A DNA stretch of 64,000 bases from Bacteroidaceae bacterium (lineage in GTDB: Bacteria; Bacteroidota; Bacteroidia; Bacteroidales; Bacteroidaceae). The stretch spans positions 12,860-76,859 of the forward strand of contig JAVBMN010000020.1 in NCBI GenBank assembly GCA_031552405.1. Reading direction: 5' to 3'. The notes under the pieces were generated by a model that saw only the letters and a program-made list of their open reading frames with translations, made no database searches and had not been told where the DNA came from. The position numbers and the translations under genes are program-made. Below, in pieces: positions 27,301 to 35,192 of the stretch (position 1 is the first letter of the stretch; each line of letters begins with the position of its first letter).

Positions 27301-27717
27301 GAAGCAGGTAACTTCAGCTTCAACCAAAGCTATCTGGAAGGTACTATGCAGAATGTGTATCTGCTGAATGCTGCCGGTGATGCATTTGTAAAAGAGGCAG
27401 AGGCAACAATCGTTCCTTTCCGTCCTTTTGTGACATTTGATAATCCAATAGGTGCAGCTCCTTCGCAGTTCCTTATCAATGGCAATAATGATGTGACTAA
27501 TATAGAAGAAGTGAAGGCTCGCCTTGCTGCTGCCAAGATGATTATTACTGTAGCTGAGAACGGAGTAACTATCTACTCGGAAAATGAAGGCACGGTATTG
27601 GTATATGACCTGAACGGTGCATTAGTGAAGAGCATAGCTATCAGCAATGGTGAGAACTTCATATCTCTCCCGAGCGGTGCATACGTCATCCACAATAAGA
27701 CAGTTATCGTAAAATAA
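24301..27717 (+). CDS. Secreted modular protein A1; no catalytic domain recognised
   Basis: Signal peptide ending AQAQ. N-terminal IPYLPMQNDFGG domain, NPGFE and NPNFD CBM4/9-like modules, and alanine-rich helical repeats. About 330 aa of the C-terminal region are shared with A2. The tail VLVYDLNGALVKSIAISNGENFISLPSGAYVIHNKTVIVK resembles the type A T9SS sorting domain. Confidence 0.75.
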   Translation: MKSKLFMFIMALTISTCPPTAQAQNVIPYLPMQNDFGGTAVADLATFEPSLSQFTLEVTADATGTPVSIDMLGITYTPQISTDLRFVLYKEKVYIYEGDEYKETQIPSLQISYSGSNLLQNPGFETVVSLGSVWKDGIYWNAYTDTRTEAWGATSSTSIRNGSSYGTYRMLMHNNARYLTQQLATGEVKPNTYYKVAYHWAEAAGANDGGLYTIELGSTQFASDYLSIPAHTVTNTENAWRDFETTFKTGSNVDINNPVWFTLHRSNSKIDYLDDISLLEGTAAVGITGAVSAQYAAEVVAAPEMTPNYAAGDAFDMYPYYLVNPNFDVDYSGWQKTTNGTIQRGTGIKADGTLLPAGDGKLQVWGITSAGNIYQSLSDLPNGKYKLRAAVYASPVTQDGLYLYANQQQTVITDAVATTNAYIEVENAIVVDGNLEFGLKLTVAPSATAEVDLDKVSLFYYGPDHSAQAEAILAQIASIETLLESPMNTAIKAELTAKKNAAYNAATASPLVPSDLETTATALSSVITTANASAAAYVILDNFLNGVESALDSYNSYSGYATYAAIVLTARTAYTNGTTADADIQTAILALKAAKNNCKYSDGAIHNDPNLLYGWDAQKDGTTTPEEAGWIASQDDLIWGGQLSGANEDKDALYRTNSLDKYAFYAKSRKNNEVITYAYPIYLEAGKTYFFEGKNWRRNGQQAADAAHVTFAVSSTPSSTGTILNSQTILCNKEGYLDYSFSFDVTTTGVYYLVRYAEEPTSSNYQDVSADLSLVEAYTLTDGAATVVGELTPSIITELGVADIISVDLTNTTASNAVILTLKNPNTLVHNAPANVTTNGIKVSNNEFVDTPNLTDLQPFSATGDIAGAISYQRAFTGVANETDGATGGWEVFNVPFKVTSVKATIDGKEYEYLPYTEWKATDDATVEGCGFFWIKKATEGSNAISSSVESLEDMTANEPYLIAFPRISIEGRPQFNVNGETFTFSGENGVEATINLQPAEAGNFSFNQSYLEGTMQNVYLLNAAGDAFVKEAEATIVPFRPFVTFDNPIGAAPSQFLINGNNDVTNIEEVKARLAAAKMIITVAENGVTIYSENEGTVLVYDLNGALVKSIAISNGENFISLPSGAYVIHNKTVIVK

Positions 27718-27735
27718 CCCTTAATAACAAGTCTG

Positions 27736-27915
27736 ATGAAAACAAAGAAAGAATATAACCGGCCTCATATAGAGATTATTGAGCTGGAACTGGAAGAAAT
27801 AATGATCACAGCTTCGCAACTTAAAGAAAGCTTTGGAGATAAAAGTGGAGTAAACCTCCAGCAAACAAACTCTTTCTGGAACGAAAACAACATAATAAAA
27901 GGCGACGAAGAGTAG
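27736..27915 (+). CDS. Conserved small acidic protein (59 aa), unknown function
   Basis: Below the 60 aa track cutoff and found by hand: MKTKKEYNRPHIEIIELELEE... It starts 18 nt after the A1 stop. Its paralog at 49814..49996 sits in the same position behind A2 and differs by about 12 synonymous third-position changes. Confidence 0.6.
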   Translation: MKTKKEYNRPHIEIIELELEEIMITASQLKESFGDKSGVNLQQTNSFWNENNIIKGDEE

Positions 27916-27950
27916 TCTCTCATAGACTATAGTTAGTAAGTAAGTGAAAA

Positions 27951-27987
27951 GCCGGAGGAGAACGGTCACGTTCTTCCTCCAGCTTTT
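27951..27987 (+). terminator. Terminator-like hairpin after the A1 small ORF
   Basis: gccggaggagaac-ggtcac-gttcttcctccagc followed by tttt. Confidence 0.6.
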
Positions 27988-28040
27988 AATTCATGAACTG
28001 CAAGCGGATAATTATAAAAACAATTCTAAAACGATTTGAA

Positions 28041-31000
28041 ATGAAGAAACTATTTTTGATTTATTCCCTGCTGACACTGATTGGCCTCATAGGCTTCAGT
28101 CCGGAGGTTATAGCACTGAATCATGCAAACCGAGTTTTCAACAGTTTTGAATCCTCTGCCAAGGCATCTGCTGTGGCCCCTCTTGCCGGGGAAAATAGCT
28201 TTTTGGCCCAAGAAGCAGCAGAAGATGGGAGTTTTCCTTTGGTGAAAGACGGAAAAGCTGCCATATTGGTAGTAGATGCAAAGGATGCGGAGGTCGTTTC
28301 CATTGTCGCTACGGCATTCAGCAAGGATGTAAAACTTATTACAGGAGTTACTCCTTCAGTATCGAACAAGTTGGAGGAAGGCACCTACCCTGTGATCATC
28401 GGTACGCTCGGAAAATCGGCGCTGATTGACCAACTGGCTTCGGAAGGGAAAATTGCTTCTGCACAAGTGAAAGGGAAATGGGAGACCTTCTGCCTGTCGG
28501 TAATTGAAAATCCTTTTGAAGGAGTGGATAAAGCGTTGGTAATCTTCGGAAGCGACCCAAGGGGAACGGCTTTTGGAGTCTTCGAGTTATCCAGGCAAAT
28601 CGGGGTTTCTCCCTGGGTGTGGTGGGCAGACGTGCTGCCAGAAGAACGTAGTACTATATATATACCTGCGGGAGAAGACATTATCGGGCCCCCGTCTGTG
28701 AAGTACAGAGGGCTGTTCATTAATGACGAAGACTGGGGACTCCAACCCTGGGCTGCAAAAAAAATGGATACAGATATCAAAGACATTGGCCCCAAGACGT
28801 ATGAAAAGGTGTTTGAATTGATGCTACGCCTGAAAGCCAATTATATGTGGCCGGCCATGCATCCTTGCACAAAAGCCTTTTGGTACTACCCCGGAAACCC
28901 GGAGATGGCCCGTAAATACCATATTGTATTGGGCGCCACCCATTGCGAACCGCTACTGAGGAACAATGTGGACGAGTGGGTCAATAATTTCCAGAGCGAA
29001 TATGGGACCGCCTCAGGCGACTGGAACTGGGCGACAAACAGTACTAAAATCACAACATACTGGACCGACCGGGTGATCCAGTCCAAGGGACAGGATGCCG
29101 TCTACACCATCGGTATGCGCGGTATTCACGACAGCGATATGCCGGGCTACTCCGGTAATGAGGCCAAAAAGAATGGGCTGAGAAGTGTCATTGCAGCCCA
29201 GCGCACTATTCTGGAAACCCATCTTGAAAAACCCGCTTCGCAAGTACCTCAGATCTTCTGCCCCTACAAAGAAGTGCTGGATTTATACAAATTGGGGCTT
29301 GACCTGCCCGATGATATTACCATCACATGGGCTGATGATAACCATGGCTACATCCGCCAGCTCTCCAATCCACAGGAACAGTTGCGAAGCGGAGGAGCAG
29401 GCGTATACTACCATTTGTCATATTGGGGCGCTCCCGAAGATTACCTGTGGCTCTCTTCCATTTCTCCTTCTCTGATCAGTTATGAGATGAGCAAAGCATA
29501 CGCTCTGAACACGCGGAATTTGTGGGTATTTAATGCGGGAGACATCAAACCCGCCGAGCTGGAATTGCAGTTTGCAATGGATCTTGCCTGGGATATAACC
29601 GCCTGGAGCCCGGAGAAAGCACACACCTACAGCACCCACTGGGCCACAGAAACCTTTGGAAAAGAACTGGGTGAGAGCATTGGAAAGATCAAGCAGGAAT
29701 ACTACCATTTGGCAGCTTTGGGTAAACCGGAACATCTGCATCTGATTGAATACACTGAGGAAGAAATCGATCAGCGCTTGGCTGATTATGCTAAACTTGT
29801 GGCCGAATCCAGAAGTGTGGAAGGACAAGTTCCCTCGCGTCTGAAGGATGCCTACTACGAATTGGTTGCCTACCCGCTTGAGGCTGCAGCCTCCATGAAT
29901 GAAAAAATACTGTATGCAAAAAGAAGCCTCCAACTAGCTGCGCAAGGGAACCGTAATGCTCTGGACTATGCTGCTAAGGCAAAAACTGCCTATCAGAGTA
30001 TCATTACCCTGACGAATAAATACAACCAGGAGATTGCTTCCGGGAAATGGAATGGCATTATGAGTTATGCCCCACGTGGCCGTTCCCAATTCTCTGCCCC
30101 TACTGTAGCCACCGAAAGCTCTATCGCTGAACATGGTGTCCCCGCAGAAGAGAAAGGAAACGTAACTTCTTTTACCGCCGATGACTTTACGCTGAAGCAC
30201 GAAGCCGGATACACCCTTCACTCAATTAAGGAACTGGGGGCTTCTACAGGATCCGTGACGGTTTGGCCGTTGAATATGACCACTTATAATGAATCCAACA
30301 TTACCTCTGCACCCTACGTGGAATACAATGTGGAAGTATCCAAGGGAACCTCTCTCCTTATCGTAAAATGCCTCCCTACGTTCCCCTTGTATGAGGAAAT
30401 GAAACTGCGTTATGCAATCTCTGTGGACGGTTCTATACCCGAGTTTGTGAATATTGCTACCTCCGCGGAATCAAGTGCATGGACCAAGAATGTTATTGCA
30501 GGCTATGCAAGCGGGTCAAGTGCCTACAAAAGCGATTCGGACAAGGAAATCAAGGTACGCATCTATTTTACGGATCCGGGATTGGTACTGAGCGCTCTGG
30601 ACGTAAAGAAAGAGATAACAAGTCCTTATACGGAGTTGATCACCAACCCAAGCTTCGAATACGTAGCAGCAGGAAAGTTATATGAAGGTACGGTTGCAAG
30701 AGGCACCCCCTACGGTTGGCAGCAAACCGGCCAGGTAGTTGGGAACTCCTACGGTATCAGCAACGATGCTACAGAATATGATGAAAATGCCATCTGCTGG
30801 TACAACGCCAACCAGTCTCCCTATGCCATGCCGGAAGAATTTGAGCTGTATCAGATCATCCGTGGATTAGAGCCTGGGGAATATGTGGTTCGTTGCCGTC
30901 TGGCAGTAATGACGGGCTATGAAACTAATGTGCGTCTATTTGCCAATAACTTCGTGCAATATTATGGAAGCGCCTCGAAGTACGTCGACAACCTGACGAT

Positions 31001-31478
31001 AAGCGAGATCAAAAGCTTTGCAGGATTAACAGGAGTTTCAGGTATGACTAAGGCTGCCTTGAGAGAAATGGCGGTAAAAGTGACCCTTCAGGAAGGGGAT
31101 TCATTGAAGCTGGGTATCCGCTCCAGTAACCTAAAAAGCGATGGAACAAAGGGAAGCGGCCCTGACGCCTCCCATGCATACGGCGGATTCAAGGTGGATC
31201 ATTTCCGGTTGGAAGCAGTAAATCCCGTGGGACTAAAACCTCTTGCTACGGAGGAAGCAGGCATTCGGATCACCGGGTCAGAGGATGGAATCGAAATCAC
31301 CATAGAGCAACTCCATATACACGGATACGCCAAACTCTATTCTTTATCAGGTAATCTCATACTGAAACGTATCCTTACAACGGGTATGAATTCTATTTCC
31401 ATTGCCCAGAAAGGAGTGTACCTGGTACAGACTGTAGTAGATGGGCGAGAACACACTAAAAAGATACGAATCGAATAG
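28041..31478 (+). CDS. GH115 alpha-glucuronidase-like enzyme with C-terminal CBM4/9-like module and T9SS-type sorting domain
   Basis: GPPSVKYRGLFINDEDWGLQPWA...KANYMWPAMH is characteristic of GH115. Late in the protein come an NPSFE module and the tail AKLYSLSGNLILKRIL...GVYLVQTVVDGREHTKKIRIE. Start trimmed to MKKLFLIY (signal peptide). Confidence 0.8.
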   Translation: MKKLFLIYSLLTLIGLIGFSPEVIALNHANRVFNSFESSAKASAVAPLAGENSFLAQEAAEDGSFPLVKDGKAAILVVDAKDAEVVSIVATAFSKDVKLITGVTPSVSNKLEEGTYPVIIGTLGKSALIDQLASEGKIASAQVKGKWETFCLSVIENPFEGVDKALVIFGSDPRGTAFGVFELSRQIGVSPWVWWADVLPEERSTIYIPAGEDIIGPPSVKYRGLFINDEDWGLQPWAAKKMDTDIKDIGPKTYEKVFELMLRLKANYMWPAMHPCTKAFWYYPGNPEMARKYHIVLGATHCEPLLRNNVDEWVNNFQSEYGTASGDWNWATNSTKITTYWTDRVIQSKGQDAVYTIGMRGIHDSDMPGYSGNEAKKNGLRSVIAAQRTILETHLEKPASQVPQIFCPYKEVLDLYKLGLDLPDDITITWADDNHGYIRQLSNPQEQLRSGGAGVYYHLSYWGAPEDYLWLSSISPSLISYEMSKAYALNTRNLWVFNAGDIKPAELELQFAMDLAWDITAWSPEKAHTYSTHWATETFGKELGESIGKIKQEYYHLAALGKPEHLHLIEYTEEEIDQRLADYAKLVAESRSVEGQVPSRLKDAYYELVAYPLEAAASMNEKILYAKRSLQLAAQGNRNALDYAAKAKTAYQSIITLTNKYNQEIASGKWNGIMSYAPRGRSQFSAPTVATESSIAEHGVPAEEKGNVTSFTADDFTLKHEAGYTLHSIKELGASTGSVTVWPLNMTTYNESNITSAPYVEYNVEVSKGTSLLIVKCLPTFPLYEEMKLRYAISVDGSIPEFVNIATSAESSAWTKNVIAGYASGSSAYKSDSDKEIKVRIYFTDPGLVLSALDVKKEITSPYTELITNPSFEYVAAGKLYEGTVARGTPYGWQQTGQVVGNSYGISNDATEYDENAICWYNANQSPYAMPEEFELYQIIRGLEPGEYVVRCRLAVMTGYETNVRLFANNFVQYYGSASKYVDNLTISEIKSFAGLTGVSGMTKAALREMAVKVTLQEGDSLKLGIRSSNLKSDGTKGSGPDASHAYGGFKVDHFRLEAVNPVGLKPLATEEAGIRITGSEDGIEITIEQLHIHGYAKLYSLSGNLILKRILTTGMNSISIAQKGVYLVQTVVDGREHTKKIRIE

Positions 31479-31525
31479 TTTGCCTATTCCTCTGGTTGTT
31501 ACTCTGAAAATGACCGCATATCTTT

Positions 31526-31563
31526 AAAGGCTGTCTTCACAATTATGTGAGGCAGCCTTTTTG
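31526..31563 (+). terminator. Terminator-like hairpin after GH115
   Basis: aaaggctgtcttcac-aattat-gtgaggcagccttt followed by ttg. Confidence 0.55.
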
Positions 31564-31605
31564 TATGCAAGCTTTTCCGTACACAGAGCTGTTGTCGAAA
31601 TATTT

Positions 31606-31755
31606 CACGCCTGAAGTTCAACAATCTTAGGCCTGAGATTTTAATTTACAGGCCTGAGGTTGCGGAACTCGTGGCCTGAGGTTGAAGAACTGGTGCCCAC
31701 CAATTGAAAAACTCGTGCGCACCAGTCATTCAGCTGGTGCGCACGAGTTTAAATG
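31606..31755. repeat. Seven degenerate 21-22 bp tandem units (GGCCTGARRTT type, then GTGCGCACCAG type)
   Basis: The units begin cacgcctgaagtt, ttaggcctgagatt, acaggcctgaggtt, tcgtggcctgaggtt, tggtgcccaccaatt, tcgtgcgcaccagtc and tggtgcgcacgagtt, at a 21-22 bp period. Confidence 0.75.
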
Positions 31756-31783
31756 AAAATAGAATGAACAATCAAACAATCTG

Positions 31784-31839
31784 CCTTCACCTTCCACAAC
31801 TGACGTTCCACCTTCCACTTTTTGGGTTGATCCTTCCAC
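31784..31839. repeat. Three CCTTCCAC words phased at 21 bp
   Basis: ccttccac-type cores at about 31790, 31811 and 31832. Inverted gtggag/gtggaa copies follow at 31853..31950. Confidence 0.6.
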
Positions 31840-31852
31840 TAAAACACATTGA

Positions 31853-31879
31853 GTGGAGGCTTTAAAAACAAGCCTCCAC
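31853..31879. terminator. 9-bp-stem hairpin between the convergent GH115 and B1 genes (possible bidirectional terminator)
   Basis: gtggaggct-ttaaaaaca-agcctccac. Confidence 0.4.
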
Positions 31880-31982
31880 TCCAAAACTACTTGTGACAAA
31901 GGGTTTCAGAAGGTTAGTGGAACGTGGAGGGTTGATGAAAAAATGGTGGAACATGCTTTCATTCTCTCCTCAATTTTCCAGG

Positions 31983-34922
31983 TTAATCGGGGAAGACTTC
32001 CTTCACTGTTTGTGTGGAACCATCTTCGTAATTTTTCCTGACGATATACATATCACCAGCTATCGGTTCGTATATTTCAAGCCCTTGCAGGTTGTAATAT
32101 TTTCTCGACACTTCTTTTAACTCTGCACTGACTCCTTCCAAAGAAGAAAGGTTCTTGACTGTCACAGTGTAGTCTTTCTTACTGCTCTGACCGTAGGCAT
32201 TCAGGAATACGGATGTGTACACACCGGCATCGGCAGAAGTGACGCTGGCAACACTATACTCCCTCGTTGCCGCCCCGTGATTATTAGGCCCGGCAAAGGC
32301 CCATGTACCCACAGCCGAAGAGAGGTTGGGGCCAAAAGAAAGGCTGATTCCCGGTGTCACATTATTTATTGTAGCGGATTGCTGCCATCCTGTGGCGGCG
32401 CCTATTCTATAATAAGGATAAATCGTATGTGGTGTATAAGCCGCCGTGTTTTGCAACATCTCCAGTTCGGCAACTGTAGCAAAAGTACCCGACAAGGATG
32501 TCAAGCGGAAATAACGCGCCTGGATGGGGGTAAAGTACACCTCCCCGCAGTATGGCATCCAGCTTCCCCCTGATACGGCGGTCCACTCTTTACCATTCTG
32601 GCTCACCTGGAACACAAACTCACGAATGATCCCGTTTATCGAGTTATCCAATCGGGGTACACAAAGAAAACCTGATACTTCATACTCTGCACCCATATCC
32701 ACTTCGATGTAGTGAGGAGCAGATACACCACTGTATTTGGTATGCCATATAGTACCCGTTTTACCGTCAATGGCATTGGCGGCTGCTCCGTTTTCGCCAG
32801 CTGTTTCCTGACTGCTGAAGCCATGGATCTTCCAAGCCGTTTTGGGTACACGATTGGTGGTAGCCGTTTCGCGCCACTCTCCGGTGAAGAAATCGATATC
32901 GAACTGCTGCCTATAGGTAAAGGTGCAGGATTTACCACTAAACTGGATGGGGAATATAATCGTTTTTGACTCTGCCAAACCGGGATCCTGCCAGCGGTCG
33001 CCCACATACAAGTAGGTAGTAGCATCCGTGCCCTGAACAGTCAGGATGGAAGCTGCCTGAGTATCAAAAGTAACTCCATTACCAATATTACTCAGTCCCG
33101 ACCACCCGGAAGTAAGAGAAGAAGAATACGAGATCTTAGCCTGATTGGGATCCCAGCCGGTACAGGCAGAAGAGATCATGAAATAAGTATTGTCCACCCG
33201 CACAATGGCAGGCGCTTCACGAGATTGCCCGGCAAATAGAACCGTATGGCTCACGGCACTCAGATAATCATCAGAGAGTTTGAAAAGACCGAGGTCCCGA
33301 TTCTCATTGGTGGTAGAAATAAAGTAGGCAGTACCATCGTGATCCACAAAGACATTACAGTCGCGCGATTTAATATTCAGCGGCCTGCCTGCCCAGTGGA
33401 ACTTATACGGTCCGTTCACTGAATCGCAATAGAACACAGCCGCTTCCGATGCGCCGTAGTTTCCCTGTTCCCAATGACACCACACCACATACTTTCCGGT
33501 TTTTGCGCAATACATTAACTTGGGCCGTTCTATAAAACGACTTCCGTCTGCCAGTGCGCTATGGGTAGAATTGGTAATAATACGGCGTTCGAACTTCCAG
33601 TTCACTAAGTCCTTGGAAGAATACATGTTCACATCCGGATTCCAGGTCCGGTCGCGGTTCTCGCCAATCATATACCAGGTATCACCCACCTTCAGGAATC
33701 CTGCGCCATGTGCCTGTACGGAGGTTCCGTTGGTTGCTTTCCATAAGGCACCATTGCGGATAGTGGCCCATTCTGAAGGCCTTCCCTCCAGATAGAGGGC
33801 CATGGCCTCATTAATAGCAGTTACAGCAGCGGCAATATCCTTTCCAACAGGGAATTCATACACAGTCTGGGCCAGCGCAATGGCTGCCTCAAACGCTTCC
33901 TTATTGACATAATCGGAAGTGCTGAACAGCTTCTTTGCCTTTGCAAGGTCTTTCTCCAAGCCCTCGCATGCTACAAGTTGAACACCTTTTTCAGAAAGAA
34001 GAGTGATCATTGACTCAATGGATGCACGTTGATCCTCAGGACTGTCGTACATAGCCTGTGCAGTAGCAATGGCAACTTCAAAACTGCTTTTGTACGCATA
34101 TACGGAGGCAGCAAGTTGGTTGGTCAGGCTTTCAACAGCTTCCTTCAAAGGCTTGTAGGCCGCCATCGCCGCTTTGTACTCAGCTACAGCCGCATCCAGC
34201 GCAGCAAGGGCGGCAATAAGGCTGGCCTCATCTTGTGCTACCGTTTCTGCACGTTTAATTGCATTTCTCAGTGCAGGAAAGCCGCAATACCCGGGCCTAC
34301 CGCCCTCCAAGGTATCCGCGATAGCCAATTCCAGCTTTTCCGCCAGGATCCGGTTGTATCCTTCCATATCACTTCCATAATAATATAGTGAGATGTGATC
34401 CAGTTCGATAGTCGTCTGACCGGAAGTGGCCAGATCCAGCCCCAGTTCCAGCGTACCGTCATACACCGTGCCCGTGGCTTCATAATATGCCGAAGCCTTA
34501 CTGGTAACAGGCGTTTCCCCGGTATTGGCATACACCGAAAGCGTTCCGCCAAAGACCGCATATAAGCCCACTCTCACGGCATACTTCCCATTTGTCAAAC
34601 CAGAAATTTGTTGATACACCTTACCCGAAACACCTCCACTGCTCCAAAGCTGCCAATGGTTCTCGCCATCTACAATCACCGAGCCGTCTCCTTTGGCAGC
34701 AGTAATTATCTTCGAGAGATTTGGATTAAATGTCTTCTCCCACCCATTCGGTGCAAAAGTACTGCCGCCCGTGTTGGCCGCATCGTCATCAAATTCCGGG
34801 TTTACCACTTTAGAGGTTACGTCTGTGCGCTCCTCATCCGTCTCTGTCGGTGCATAAGCCCAGCCGGCAATGGCACATATCGTAAAAAGGATCGATACTG
34901 AAAGGAAAAACTGTTTTTTCAT
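31983..34922 (-). CDS. Secreted GH43 enzyme B1 (NHWQ-type CBM-like module, helical repeats, GH43 propeller, CBM32/F5-8 type C, Ig-like domain, T9SS-type tail)
   Basis: Start trimmed to MKKQFF, with a -7 box at 34960..34967. GH43-like blocks are AHGAGFLKVGDTWYMIGE, SSKDLVNWKF, DCNVFVDHDGTAYF and REAPAIVRVDNTYFMISS. The discoidin-like segment is AANAIDGKTGTIWHT...ARYFRLT. The tail is RKYYNLQGLEIYEPIAGDMYIVRKNY. Confidence 0.8.
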   Translation of the reverse strand: MKKQFFLSVSILFTICAIAGWAYAPTETDEERTDVTSKVVNPEFDDDAANTGGSTFAPNGWEKTFNPNLSKIITAAKGDGSVIVDGENHWQLWSSGGVSGKVYQQISGLTNGKYAVRVGLYAVFGGTLSVYANTGETPVTSKASAYYEATGTVYDGTLELGLDLATSGQTTIELDHISLYYYGSDMEGYNRILAEKLELAIADTLEGGRPGYCGFPALRNAIKRAETVAQDEASLIAALAALDAAVAEYKAAMAAYKPLKEAVESLTNQLAASVYAYKSSFEVAIATAQAMYDSPEDQRASIESMITLLSEKGVQLVACEGLEKDLAKAKKLFSTSDYVNKEAFEAAIALAQTVYEFPVGKDIAAAVTAINEAMALYLEGRPSEWATIRNGALWKATNGTSVQAHGAGFLKVGDTWYMIGENRDRTWNPDVNMYSSKDLVNWKFERRIITNSTHSALADGSRFIERPKLMYCAKTGKYVVWCHWEQGNYGASEAAVFYCDSVNGPYKFHWAGRPLNIKSRDCNVFVDHDGTAYFISTTNENRDLGLFKLSDDYLSAVSHTVLFAGQSREAPAIVRVDNTYFMISSACTGWDPNQAKISYSSSLTSGWSGLSNIGNGVTFDTQAASILTVQGTDATTYLYVGDRWQDPGLAESKTIIFPIQFSGKSCTFTYRQQFDIDFFTGEWRETATTNRVPKTAWKIHGFSSQETAGENGAAANAIDGKTGTIWHTKYSGVSAPHYIEVDMGAEYEVSGFLCVPRLDNSINGIIREFVFQVSQNGKEWTAVSGGSWMPYCGEVYFTPIQARYFRLTSLSGTFATVAELEMLQNTAAYTPHTIYPYYRIGAATGWQQSATINNVTPGISLSFGPNLSSAVGTWAFAGPNNHGAATREYSVASVTSADAGVYTSVFLNAYGQSSKKDYTVTVKNLSSLEGVSAELKEVSRKYYNLQGLEIYEPIAGDMYIVRKNYEDGSTQTVKEVFPD

Positions 34923-34959
34923 ATGCTTTAAGAATATAAGTATCATTTAGAAAGAAGTT

Positions 34960-34967
34960 CAAAGATA
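34960..34967 (-). promoter_or_regulatory. -7 box (TATCTTTG) for B1
   Basis: Minus-strand TAnnTTTG, about 38 nt upstream of ATG 34922. Confidence 0.55.
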
Positions 34968-35192
34968 CTACACCCCAAACAAACCTACAACAAGGTAGGT
35001 GAGTTGTTGCATTAATTGAATGAATTGTTCGATATTTCCTTCCTGAAGACGCAAACACAACCAGTGAAATCAACAATGCAAATGAAGCCCGCCACATAAA
35101 TGAGTCCCACTATGTAAATGAGTCCCTATCCTAAGAGGGATAAATTTGAATACCACTCGGGCTCTCCCTGCGTATCAATGCTATTCCCCTGC

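Noticed and set aside
27993-28040. N-terminal extensions of track ORFs at eight genes (27993, 34946, 38174, 53304, 6728, 13652, 19573, 21484).
   Set aside because: In each case an internal ATG gives a canonical MKK-type signal peptide or removes a long overlap with the upstream gene. In several cases a -7 box lies inside the extension. The starts were trimmed accordingly.
31606-31755. CRISPR-array reading of the 21-22 bp repeats here and at 61026..61172.
   Set aside because: The units are contiguous with no unique spacers and are degenerate rather than identical. No cas genes are present in the window.
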